From: Malacoraja senta
Lineage: Eukaryota
DNA length: 64,000 nt
Direction of reading: 5' to 3'
Assembly: GCA_038087875.1 (NCBI GenBank)
Contig: CM075997.1
Location: 2,296,001 to 2,360,000, forward strand
Shown: in pieces, positions 1 to 11,252 of the stretch
Layout: each line of letters opens with the position of its first letter
Numbering within the stretch: the first letter of the stretch is position 1
Made by a program: the position numbers and the translations under genes
The notes under the pieces: generated by a model
What the model saw: only the letters and a program-made list of their open reading frames with translations
What the model was told of the DNA's origin: nothing
Databases searched by the model: none

Positions 1-145
1 TCTAGCGAGTACAAGCCGAGTCTATCCAGTCTTTCTTCATATGAAAGTCCTGCCATCCCAGGAATCAGTCTGGTGAACCTTCTCTGTACTCCCTCTATGG
101 CAAGAATGTCTTTCCTCAGATTTGGTGACCAAAACTATACACAAT
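1..145 (-). mobile_element. CR1 LINE ORF2 fragment (runs off window start)
   Basis: Closely resembles 15720-15860 of the long CR1; encodes ...FWSPNLRKDILAIEGVQRRFTRLIPGMAGLSYEERLDRLGLYSL on the minus strand. Confidence 0.85.
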
Positions 146-245
146 TACAGACTACACACAGAATACAGCACAAGAACAGGCCCTTCGGCTCATAATGTCT
201 GTGCCAAACATGATGCTCTTATCTACCTGCAAATAATCTATCTCA

Positions 246-830
246 TAAGAACATAAGATCATAAGTGGTAGAAGTAGAATTAGGCCATTCAGCCCATCAT
301 GTCTACTCCGCCATTCAATCATGGCTGGTCTATCTCTCCCTCCAAACCCCATTCTCCTGCCTTCTCCACATAACCTCTGACACCCGTACTAATCAAGAAT
401 CTATCTATCTCTGCCTTAAATATGTCCACTCTCTTTGGCTCCACAGCCTTCTGTGGCAAATAATTCCACAGATTCACCACCATCTGACTAAAGAAATTCC
501 TCCTCATCTCCTTCTTAAAAGAACGGCCTTTAATTCTGAGGCTATGACCTCCAGTCCTAGACTCTCCCACTAGTGGAAACATCCTCTCCACATCCACTCT
601 ATCCAAGCCTTTCACTATTCTGTATGTTTCAATGAGATTCCCCCCTTCATACTTCTAAACTCCAGCGAGTACAGGCCCTGTGCCGACAAATGCTCATCAT
701 ATGTTAACCTACTCATTCCTGGGATCATTCTTGTAAACCTCCTCTGGACCCTCTCCTGAGCCAACACATCCTTCCTCAGATATGGAGCCCAAAATTGCTC
801 ACAATACTCCAAATGTGGCCTGACCAGAAT
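246..830 (-). mobile_element. CR1 LINE 3' fragment
   Basis: ORFs 615-812 and 319-615 give the CR1 C-terminus (EYCEQFWAP, TGGHSLRI, RNFFSQMVVNLWN), followed by 3'UTR and a short repeat tail. Confidence 0.85.
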
Positions 831-1433
831 TATCTCCCTCCATCCTCTGCATATCTATGTGCCTATCCAATAGCATCTTAAATGCCACTAACACATCTGC
901 TTCAACCACCAACCCCAGCAACACATTCCAGGCACTCATCACTCTGTGTTAAAAAACCTGCCCCGCACATCACCGTTAAACTTTCCCCCTCTCACCTTAA
1001 AGCTGCGCGCTCTAGTATTTGATTTTTTTTTCTCCATCCTGGGAAAAAAGGTTGTGACTGTCTACCTTATCTGTGCCTCCCATCATTTTATATACTTTAT
1101 ATTAGGTCTCCCCTCAACCTCTGGCGTTCCAGAGAAAACAATCCAAGTCTGTCCAACCTCCCCCGTGGATCCATGCTGGAATCTGGAGTTAAAAAGGCAA
1201 ACCCTGGACATATTGGTGGGGTCAAGCAGCATCTGTGGGGGAAATGGGTAGATGACACTCTGGGTCAGGACCCTTCTTCAGACCCAAGTCAAAATGCCGC
1301 CATCTCCCACCATAGAATCTGCCTACGATTTTGGTGTCTAGCAGGATTGGGACACACATCCTTTCCTAGTCTCGGGCAGACGGGCCACCAAGTGGCTCTA
1401 ATCGTGATCTAAAAATAAAGTTTCTCCTCCTAC

Positions 1434-1619
1434 TTTTCTGCACATGGGGCAGTAGAAGTGACCATTCACGTGGGTACAGTTCTGAGAGAAGAGTGTGGCC
1501 TCAATGCACTGCTTGCAGTAGTTGTGGCCACAGGGCAGCTCCAGGATGGGAGGGGTGAAGAGCTCCAGGCACACAGGGCATGACAACTCCTTGGCCAGTG
1601 CTTCACGAGGAACAGCCAT
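1434..1619 (-). CDS. First coding exon of a TRIM-family-like RING (C3HC4) E3 ligase; rest of gene lies left of the window
   Basis: MAVPREALAKELSCPVCLELFTPPILELPCGHNYCKQC...FYCPMCRK = C-x2-C-x12-C-x-H-x2-C-x2-C-x18-C-x2-C. Good Kozak context GCAATGG, in-frame TGA 5 codons upstream, phase-0 donor AAA|GTAGGA at 1433. Specific TRIM paralogue not identifiable. Confidence 0.85.
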
Positions 1620-1911
1620 TGCCGCAGCCCCTCAGGTACCGGTGGAGGAACACATTGTCCTCGCGATGCCTGGAGTATGGACCAGGGTTCCGTCACAAAA
1701 ATGAAAGAAAACAATTTGGCCCAAGTGCCCTGTTGTTAAGGAGATGATGACACAATGCATGTTCCATGGGCTTACACAGTGAAGTCACAAAGGCCTTACT
1801 CTTTGTATCAACATTAGGACCAAGGACAAAGGACTTTTCTTGTCACATACACCAATTGGTGTAGTGAAATTTGAGTTGCCATTACAATTAGATGGTAGTA
1901 GATTGATTGCA

Positions 1912-2228
1912 GTTTAGTTTTCAGTTTAGAGATACAGCATGGAAACAGGCCCTTCGGCCCACCACCGACCAGCAATCCCCGCACATTAACACTATCCCAA
2001 ACGCACTAGGGACATTTTTTACATTTACCAATCCAATTAACCTACAAACCAATTAACCTGCACGTCTTTGGAGTGTGGGAGAAAACTGAAGGTCCCGGGG
2101 AAAACCTATGCAGGTCACGGGGAAAACGTGCAAACTCCGTACAAACAGCACCTGTAGTCAGGATCGAACCAGTCTCTCTGGTGCTGCAAGCGCTGTAAGG
2201 CAGCAACTCTACCGCTGTGCCACCATGC
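1912..2228 (-). mobile_element. HE1-like tRNA-derived V-SINE
   Basis: A/B boxes (TGGCACAGCGG, GGTTCGATCC), V-domain (GGAGTTTGCACGTTTTCCCCGTGACC...CTCCAAAGAC), CR1-type tail GGGCCGAAGGGCCTGTTTCC...(CTAAA)n. Confidence 0.85.
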
Positions 2229-2488
2229 GCGGCCCTGGAGATGGCAGTTGATTGTAGAGTCATTGGAACAAAACTATAACTTATATATTACATTGGGACA
2301 TGGACCATTGGACCGATTAATCTAGATTGTTGAAAATATAGAAAAAAAACTAAGATGCTGGAAATCTAAAAATTAAAAACACTGATAATACTGGAAGTAG
2401 TTAACGGAACTAGCAGATGTGTGAAAAGTGAAACATGTGGGCTTGAAGACCCTCTACCAGCTCTGGAAAAGAGAGAAAACAAAATTTG

Positions 2489-2760
2489 GGGTGACACGAT
2501 GGTGCAGCGGTAGAGTTGTTGCCTTGCAGTGCCAGAGACCCGGGTTTGGTCCTGACTACGGGTGCTGTCTGTACGGAGTTTTCACGTTCTCCCTGTGACT
2601 GCGTGGGGTTTCTCCAAAGAGGTACAGGTTTGTAGGTTAATTGGCCTGGTAAAATTGCAAATTGTCCCTAAGTGTGTGTAGGATAGAGTTTGTGTGCGGG
2701 GATCGCTGGTCGGCGCCGATGCGGTGGGCCGAAAGTTCTGTTTCCGCGCTGTATCTCTAA
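2489..2760 (+). mobile_element. HE1-like V-SINE
   Basis: Same head, V-domain and tail as the other copies. Confidence 0.8.
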
Positions 2761-3266
2761 AATGAAAAAATCCCTAAAAAAAAGACTGGCTATTGTTGTG
2801 ATGGGAAAGCTGAAATGGATCATCCACTGGATGCTTTGGGCTGCAAGATGGTTGTGAACACTTCAACCTTGCGTTGGACAATCATATTCTGGGCACCAAG
2901 ATCATTGAGGATGGGACTGTTCTTGCAGCCTCACGCTCCCACATGTATTCAATTGTCCATCACCATCATGACGAGATGCGGTAAAATGCAGAGCTTTGAT
3001 CTGATCGCATAGATGTGTTACTGTAGACACAAAAAGCTGGAGTAACTCAGCGGGACAGGCAGCATCTCTGGAGAGAAGGAATGGGTGACGTTTCGGGTCG
3101 AGACCCTTCTTCAGATGTGTTCTGTTTAGTATTATTATTGTACTGGGTTGAGGGCCCATTTTTTCGGTACACCACATGCTAGTGTCATACAGCATAGAAC
3201 CAGGCCCTTCGGCCCACCATATCTATGTTGACCATTTTTCCCATTTGCTTGCATTAGGACCTAGTC

Positions 3267-3621
3267 CAGGGGTGGGGAACCTTTTCATGTTGGAAGGCCG
3301 CATTAAGTTAGCTGTAATCTAATAAGGCCGCATCCAAGAAACTTCAATTAGATACACTTCAAAATGTACATTATTTTGTTAAAATAGCCCTCATGACTTA
3401 CTAATGTTTTAATTGTGGCCTTCAGTCGGGGACGATTATTTCGTTGAATCTTCTTTTACTCTTTGGTATTTTAAATACGTTCATTTTAGGATTAAAATAA
3501 AAATAATAAAAGACGAACAAAAACATATTAATAATAATAAAAATATTTGTTCTTACAAAATTTGGATTTATTTAAAAGGCCACACTTAATGGCTTAGAAG
3601 GCCGCAGGTTCCCCACCCCTG
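3267..3621. mobile_element. hAT (Charlie-like) MITE
   Basis: 16-bp TIR CAGGGGTGGGGAACCT/AGGTTCCCCACCCCTG; perfect 8-bp TSD ACCTAGTC (3259-3266, 3622-3629); subterminal AAGGCCGCA repeats; AT-rich interior. Confidence 0.92.
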
Positions 3622-4546
3622 ACCTAGTCCCTCTGTGCCTTCCCTAATTAAGTGTCAAAGATAGAGACAAAAAACTGGAGGAATTCAGCAGGACAGGCAG
3701 CATCTCTGGGGAGAAGGAATAGGTGATGTTTTGGATCGAGACCCTTCTTCAGACCCTGTTGCTCACTGACTGATCAGTCACACCGATGAAGGGTCTCGAC
3801 CTGAAACATCGCCTATTCCTTTTGCCCAGAGATGCTTGCTGGGCCGCTGAGTTACTCCAGCACTTTGTGCTTATCTTCGGAGTAAACCAGCATCTGCAGT
3901 TCTTTCTTATACATTCCTTTCCTGATGTGCAGGAAGGAACTGCAGATGCTGATTAAAATCGAAGACAGACACAAAATACTGGAGTAACTCAGCGGGACAG
4001 GCAGCATCTCTGGAGAGAAGGAATGGTTGACGTTTCAGGTCGAGCCCATTCTTCAGACCCTGCCTGTCTATTCCATTCAGGAGGTTGAGGTAGACATTCA
4101 GTAATGACATCTGTTGTGATTGTCTGATATCTCAGGAGTGTCTGCTGGATTTGTTTTTCTTTAGGAATGACAGGTACCTTGTGATCATTAGAGATTGGAG
4201 CAGTGGGAGGTGTAGCTTGGACAAACTCTGCAGGCTATCCTTGTCTTTATGGATCTCCTTGGCACTGTGTTGCCATCATTAGTTTCGGACCTTCTCAGAT
4301 CTTGTTTCAGATGCTGCTTTGCTTCTTTTCCACCTTGACAAGAGCTGTGTGCTCTTGATTCCCAGTTGAGCAGGTCTTGACACTCAGCATCAAGCTCGTC
4401 CTGATGCTGTGGGTGTGTGTAAGAAGGAACTACAGATGCTGGTTTAAACCGAAGATAGACACAAAAAGCTGGAGTAACCCGACGGGACAGGCAGCATCTC
4501 TGCAGAGAAGGAAAGGATGAAGTTTCAATAGACAATAGACAATAGA

Positions 4547-5125
4547 CAATAGACAATAGACAATAGGTGCAGGAGTAGGCCATTCGGCCCTTCGAGCCAG
4601 CACCGCCATTCAATGTGATCATGGCTGATCATCCCCAATCAGTACCCCGTTCCTACCTTTTCCCCTGACTCCGCTATCTTTAAGAGCCCTATCCAGTTCT
4701 CTCTTGAAAGCATCCAGAGAACCTGCCTCCACCGCCCTCTGAGGCAGAGAATTCCACAGACTCACAACTCTCTGTGAGAAAAAGTGTTTCCTCGTCTCCG
4801 TTCTAAATGGCTTACTCCTTATTCCTAAACTGTGTGTGGCCCCTGGTTCTGGACTCCCCCAACATCAGAGACATGTTTCCTGCCTCTAGCGTGTCCAAAC
4901 CCTTAACAATCTTATATGTTTCAATAAGATATCCTCTCATCCTTCTAAGCTCCAGAATGTACAAGCCCATTCTCTCAGCATATGACAGTCCCGCCATCCC
5001 GGGAATTAACCTTGTAAACCTACGCTGCACTCCCTCAATAGCAAGAATGTCCTTCCTCAAATTAGGAAACCAAAACTGCACACAATACTCCAGGTGTGGT
5101 CTCACTAGGGCTCTGTACAACTGTT
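4547..5125 (-). mobile_element. CR1 LINE 3' fragment with (CTATTGT)n tail
   Basis: ORF 4812-5129 LYRALVRPHLEYCVQFW...TRGH; (CAATAGA)n on the plus strand. Confidence 0.88.
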
Positions 5126-5394
5126 TCATCCTTCATCCTTTCCTTCTCTCCAGAGATCTCGACCTGAGAGGGTCTCGACCCGAAACTTCATCCATTCCTT
5201 CTCTGCAGAGATGCTGCCTGTCCCGCTGTGTTACGCCAGCTTTTTGTGTCTGATGTTATTTGGTAATGGACTTGGCACACAGTGAATGCCAGAGGTCTTG
5301 AGCTCCTTCTACTGACATCGAATGTTACCAAAAGCTGAAGGCACTGCGGCAAGTTTGCTGGGGATGTCACTGAAAGATTGAATAGAGTCTTGGA

Positions 5395-5730
5395 GTCAGA
5401 GAGTGGTACGGTGCGGAAACTGGCCCTTCGGCCCAACTTGCCCACTACGGCCAACATGTCCCAGCTACACTAGTCCCACCTGCCTGCGCTTGGTCCAAAT
5501 CCCTCCAAACCTGTCCTACCCATGTACCTGTCTAACAGTTTCTTAACGTTGGGATAGTTCCAGCCTCAGCTACCTCCTCTAGAAGCTTGTTCCATACACC
5601 CACCACCCTTTGTGTGAAAAAGTTAAACCCATATTAAATCTTTCCCCCTTCACCTTGAACCTATGTCTCTGGTTCTTGATTCTCCAAGAGATTCTGTGCA
5701 TCAACCCAATCTAATCCTCTCATGATTTAG
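5395..5730 (-). mobile_element. CR1/HER1-type LINE 3' fragment sharing its tail with the HE1 SINE
   Basis: TTTTTCACACAAAGGGTGGTGGGTGTATGGAAC motif and tail GGCAAGTTGGGCCGAAGGGCC. Confidence 0.75.
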
Positions 5731-6400
5731 TAGTGCCGACTCGGTGGGCCGAAGGGCCTGTTTCCGCGCTGTATCTCTAATCCAAACTAAACTATAACGA
5801 AACTATTTTCCCAGCTCTGAGACGGCAATTGCTGCTGCAGAAGGTTGTGGGGGATGTCATTAAGTGCCCACTTATTGAAATGCGGGTGGCTCACATGTTG
5901 ATTCTCACTGCAATGTGGGTAGGAGGATAGCACCACGAACACAAGGCTTCCCGCTGTGAGCCTGTATCATGCTCATCACCCTCCGCAGGCTTGTCCTACT
6001 CCGCATGCCTTCTATTAAGTCATCATCTATTCCCTGCAGAAAGCTTAGAAATTCAACTGCACGTCTGAGCAAGTAATTTGAGATGCAGCCTTTATTTCCT
6101 TCAACACTTGTTTGCCTTTGCAACACGGACAAATATAGAAAGCACCATGCTTTTGTATAATCATAACAGCAGCCGTTAGAAAACAATTAGTAAATAACCT
6201 CTAAGTTGGTGAAGGTCTCTTTGAATACCACTGCGTTTGGGAACCACTTTGCTGCTAATTTCAGTTCAGTTCCCCCGAGATGAGTTTAGTTTAGAGATGC
6301 AGCGCGGAAACAGGCCCTTCGGCCCACCGAGTCCGTGCCGACCAGCGATCCCTGCACAATAACACTGTCCTACACACACTAGGGACAATTTACACATACA

Positions 6401-7505
6401 CAATACAATACAATATCGTTTATTGTCATTTGAACCTCAAATGAAGTTCAAACGAAATTTGGTTTCTGCAGTCATACAACAAGGATAAAAAAAAAAACAA
6501 GACACACAATTAACACAATTTACACAAACATCCATCACAGTGAATCTCCTCCTCACTGTGATGGAAGGCAAAGTCTTGTCTCTCCCCTGTTTTCCATTCT
6601 TCTCCCGATGTTAAAGCCCCCGGCGGGCGATGGCAAGTCCCACAGCTGTTAAGGCAGCGCCGGGCGATGTAAGGCCCTGCTCCGGGTCTTGATGTTGGAG
6701 CCCCCGGCGGGCGATAGTAAGTCCCGTGGTCGTTAAAGCCGCGCTGGGCGATGTAAAGCCCCGCTCCGGGTCGTTTTCAACCCCGCAATTCGGGCGGGAG
6801 AAGTTGCCGTTGCGGGAAGCTCCGAAAAGCGGTCTCCCACCAGGGACCCGCGAGCTCCCGATATCACCGTCCGCCGGGCCTGCGGCTGGAGCCTCCGAAG
6901 CTCTGAAGTCGGGTCACAGCCGCGCGCCACCACAGCTCTCCACGCTCCGAAGCCGGCCAGCTCCACGATGGTGAGTCCGCAGGCTCCGCGACTGGAGCCC
7001 CCAGGTCGTTCCGGTTGGAGGCCGCTCCACGGTGCTAGGCCCCAACGACAACGGGTCCCGCGTACAGGGAAGAGATTTAAAAGTGTCCCCTCCCCCGCGC
7101 CCCCCACATATACACAGCTAAAAACAATAATAATAATAATAATAATGGATTTTATTTACGGGCGCCTTATACCGAGGTCTCAAGGACACCATACAGAGAT
7201 TTATAGAAAACATATAATCAGAATTTAAAAAAAAATAGGTTATAAAGACCAATACATAAATCAGGGACAGAATTCCTTCCAAAAACACAAAAAAAAAGAA
7301 AATCAGAAGCACAATTTGAGGAGAGAGCAGCGGCAATTTAACGCCAGCGTCCACTCTCCCCTCCGACCGCCATCTTGAACACAGACTAACAAATACAATT
7401 ACAAACAATAGATAAACTACAACCAAACTATACACTCAACAGGACAAAAATTTAAAAAAGGACAGATGGACTGCAGAGGCCGCTGCCGCGAGGCACCGCC
7501 ATCTT
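6401..7505 (-). mobile_element. GC-rich non-autonomous retroelement composite (YY1-motif head; internal L2-type tail; terminal Rex1-type tail), inserted in an HE1 SINE
   Basis: Starts AAGATGGCGG (7505). L2-like tail with (ATT)n at about 7123-7195. Ends ...AATTTCGTTTGAAC-loop-GTTCAAATGACAATAAA+(ATTGT)n. The SINE halves lie on either side. Confidence 0.65.
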
Positions 7506-7777
7506 TACACCAAGCCAATTAACCAACAAATCGGGCGATGTAAGGCCCTGCTCCGGGTCTTGAAGTTGGATCGAACCTAACTCAATGGGTCAGCTTCGAT
7601 CCCTTGAGAACATATAGGTGTGAAGAAGGGTCCCAACCTGAAATATCACCTGTCCATGTTCTCCGGGGATGCTGCCTGACCTGCTGAGTTACCCCAGCAA
7701 TTTGTGTCTTTCGTTAGCATTGCACCCTGATTGTCACCGTGATCAACTTGCGTTGCACTCTTCCAGAGAACGGCCAT

Positions 7778-7803
7778 TGCAGGTGCACCACTAGAGGCAG
7801 CAC
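7778..7803 (+). promoter_or_regulatory. Possible CTCF site
   Basis: TGCAG upstream motif followed by CCACTAGAGGCAGCAC, an imperfect match to the CCASYAGRKGGCRS core, in non-repeat sequence. Confidence 0.3.
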
Positions 7804-8485
7804 TAGAGACACACAGCACGGAAACAGGCCTTTCAGCCCACCACATCCACACTGACATTTTTGTTTAGTTTAGTTTAGAGATACAGCGTGGAAACCGGCC
7901 CTTCGGCCCAACGAGTCCGCGCCGACCAGCGATCCCCGCACCAACACTATCCTACACACACTAGGGAAAATTTACAATTTTACGAAGCCAATTCAAGATT
8001 CAAGATTCAATTTAATTGCCACGTGTATCAATTAAGGTACAGTGAAATTTGAGTTACCGTACAGCCATACTAAGTAAAAAGCAAAAATACACACAGTACG
8101 TAAAATAAAATTTAACATAAACATCCACCACAGTTGAATCAACATTCCTCACTGTGATGGAAGGCAAAAAGTTCAGTCATCTTCCTCCTTTGTTCACCCG
8201 TGGTCGGGGCCTTTGAACGGGGCCGTTGCCGACGGTCCGATGTTTAAGCCCTCTCATCGGGATGATTGAAACTCTTTCATGCATTGGTCTTTTCCTCTCC
8301 ACATCACCGTCTATATCTCACGTTTCCCTTATCCCCAACCAGTCTGAAGAAGGGTCTCGACCCGAAACGTCGCCCAATCCTTCTCTCCAGGGATGCTGTC
8401 TGTCCCGCTGAGTTACTCCAGCTTTTTGTGTCCGTCTTCAGTTTAAACCAGCATGGATGTACCATCTTAATGTTACCATCAGGAT

Positions 8486-9620
8486 AAGTTCAAGTTCAAG
8501 TGAGTTTATTGTCATGTGTCCCTGATAGGACAATGAAATTCTTGCTTTGCTTCAGCACAACAGAACATAGTAGGCATTGACTACAAGGCATTCTATAAAT
8601 TTATACACACATGAATCAATATACTGATAAAGTGCAAATAACAGTATTGGCTAATAAAGTTCAGTGTTATGTCCGAGCCAGGTTTAATAGCCTGATGGCT
8701 GTGGGGAAGTAGCTATTCCTGAACCTGGTCGTTGCAATCTTCAGGCTCCTGTACCTTCTACCTGAAGGTAGTAGGGAGATGAGTGTGTGGCCAGGATGGT
8801 GTGGGTCCTTGATGATACTGCCAGCCTTTTTGAGGCAGCGACTGTGATAGATCCCCTTGATGGAAGGGAGGTCAGAGCCGATGATGGACTGGGCAGTGTT
8901 TACTACTTTTTGTAGTCTTTTCCTCTCCAGGGCGCACAGGTTGCTGAACCAAGCCACGATGCAACCGGTCAGCATGCTCTCTACTGTGCACCTGTAGAAG
9001 TTAGAGAGAGTCCTCCTTGACAAACCGACTCTCCGTAATCTTCTCAGGAAGTAGAGGCGCTGATGTGCTTTCTTAATAATGGCATCAGTGTTCTCGGACC
9101 AGGAAAGATCTTCAGAGATGTGCACGCCCAGGAATTTGAAGCTTTTGACCCTTTCAACCATCGACCCGTTGATATAAACGGGACTGTGGGTCCCCATCCT
9201 ACTCCTTCCAAAGTCCACAATCAGTTCCTTGGTTTTGCTGGTGTTGAGGGCCAGGTTATTGTGCTGGCACCATATGAACAGTTGCTCGATCTCTCTTCTA
9301 TACTCTGACTCATCCCCATCAGTGATACGTCCCACAACAGTGGTGTCGTCAGCGAACTTGATGATGGAGTTCGCACTATGTCCGGCTACGCAGTCATGAG
9401 TATAGAGTGAGTACAGCAGGGGGCTGAGCACGCAGCCTTGAGGTGCTCCCGTGCTGATTGTTATCGAGTCTGACACATTTCCACCAATACGAACAGACTG
9501 TGGTCTGAGAGTGAGGAAGTCGAGGATCCAATTGCAGAGGGATGCGCAGAGACCCAGTTCTGCGAGTTTGGTAACCAGCTTGGAGGGGATGATTGTGTTA
9601 AATGCCGAGCTGTAATCGAT
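8486..9620 (-). mobile_element. Rex1/Babar LINE, 5'-truncated, with an open RT/C-terminal frame
   Basis: ORF 8667-9665: [72 protein letters not shown]; tail AATTTCATTGTCC...ATGACAATAAA+(CTTGAA)n. Confidence 0.92.
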
Positions 9621-10475
9621 GTGTAGGAAGTTAGAGGTACAATCACGGTAGGTGTCTATCTGCATTTTGTATCTATCTGGTGCTGTTACCCCAACATTTT
9701 GTGCCTATCTTCAGTTTACACCCAAAAACTGCAGTTCCTTCCTACACCTGAGCATAATGTTATACCTTGTCCAAATAGTGGAGAACAGTGATTAAATTCA
9801 GAAAGGATAGACAATGGGTATCGAATAAAACACTGCGTGAGTGGAATATTTTACCATTGTAAACCGTGACAATGACAAAGTACAAGGCTGTAACTTTCTG
9901 TTGACAGGGTTACAGGTTTGATGCAATAGCGTTTCACCAGATCAATGGTCTCAGGAGAATGTCAGTGCTGTGTGGATGGTGAGTGAGTTTCCATGGCACT
10001 GGAACTGTTGTCGAAACAGACACGAGGAAATCTGAAACAAGAGATAAGATGCTTTATGAAAAGACCCCCGTGTGAAAGAGAAATCTCTTGTCCCATAGAC
10101 CGTAAATGTGTGGACTTTTATGTTTTGAACCTGAATAATAGCAGAGTCACAACCCTCGTATCAATTGTACCCAATTTGATGCAGCTCGGAAACAGGCCTG
10201 CAAGTCCACACCAATTTTCAAACGCCTATCTTTGCACCAATCCTATCTCTACCCATTTTATTCTCCCCACATTCCCATCAGCTTGCCCCAGATTCTACCA
10301 CTCACCAACACATAGAGGGAGTTACGGGCACAGAGATGGTGTTACTGACACACACAGGCGGCTACAGAGAGAGTTACTGACACACACAGAGGCAGTGACA
10401 GAGAGAGAAAGAGTTACTGACACACACTGCTTCTGCTGCTGTTGGAGGTGAGGCGTTGCGTCGCGCCAGGGTCTT

Positions 10476-10702
10476 GGGCCTGTCCCACTTTGGCCGTCAG
10501 TTCCGCGACAGGCCGTTGGCGCGCGAAGATTTCGTTCGCTACAAAAGTTTCGGAGCCCCGCGCGATGTCGCGCACAACTACATACCCCTCCGCGCTTCTC
10601 AGTGGGGCCGGCCCCGCGAGGCCACACGATGCCCGTGCGCCTCAACCCAACCACGAGGTCGTGTAATTTGCGTGCCAAGGACACGTAAGTGGGACAGGCC
10701 CT
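10476..10702. mobile_element. Harbinger/PIF-like MITE in a GTTACTGACACAC minisatellite
   Basis: TIR GGGCCTGTCCCACTT/AAGTGGGACAGGCCC followed by TTA; flanked by GTTACTGACACAC repeats (10341-10427, 10703-10767). Confidence 0.7.
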
Positions 10703-10812
10703 TTACTGACACACACAGAGAGTTACAGAGAGAGAGTTATTGACATATGGAGAAAGTTACTGACACAGGGGGATACACAATGAGGATATGAGGCTACTAT
10801 TATTATTATTAT

Positions 10813-11050
10813 GTGAGGACAGGCATCGGACGCTATGGAGTAGCGATGAAGAGGTGGGGCCTCGTGGACAGCGCCTCCTGCGAGTGTGGGGACCCAACAC
10901 AGACAGTGGAGCCCACACATAGACACCAGTTGCCCCAAACACCGGCTACCGAATGGTGAACGAGGTCTGGTTGACCTGGACGATGACACACATGTTGGCC
11001 TGGCTCGCCTCAACGGAGCTGCAGGTCTAATAGACATACGACAGAAGAAG
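10813..11050 (+). mobile_element. Vingi/Ingi-like non-LTR retrotransposon 3' fragment
   Basis: Frameshifted translation VRTGIGRYGVAMKRWGLVDSASCECGDPTQTVE..HIDTSCP...LAWLASTELQV*; very short 3'UTR CATACGACAGAAGAAG; CTATTATTATTA duplicated on both sides. Confidence 0.7.
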
Positions 11051-11216
11051 GCTATTATTATTAATTTCAAATATAATAATTATTCCACATGACAATAAAC
11101 TAAACTAAACTATTGACTCAGTAGACATCAGAATGTAACAAGGAGGAGGCTACAAAAGGTTACACTGCTGGGGTTCAGGGTAATTCCATTATGTAACAAA
11201 GATGACTGTGCAGGAA

Positions 11217-11252
11217 GGGTCTGAAGAAGGGTTTCGGCCCGAAACGTTGCCT
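11217..11252 (+). ncRNA. Minimal type-I hammerhead ribozyme (subfamily B), representative copy
   Basis: GGGT-CTGAAGA-A-GGGT(TTCG)GCCC-GAAA-CG-TT-GCCT. Stem I GGGT/GCCT, stem II with UUCG loop, palindromic AACGTT in place of stem III; predicted cut at 11248/11249. Confidence 0.75.

Noticed and set aside
2790..3010. Possible host exon (ORF 2815-3012), and similarly 4200-4410
   Set aside because: Minus strand reads PILNDLGAQNM..RKVEVFTTI with stops, resembling an old LINE ORF2 remnant
4547..4566. (CAATAGA)n and other short arrays as CRISPR or telomeric repeats
   Set aside because: They are microsatellite tails of CR1/Rex/SINE elements; no spacers, no cas genes, and the DNA is eukaryotic
9909..9978. 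Exon-like segment with a SAM/PNT-like PDQWSQENVSAVWM and GTGAGT donor
   Set aside because: In-frame stop immediately upstream of that frame and no compatible neighbouring exon found
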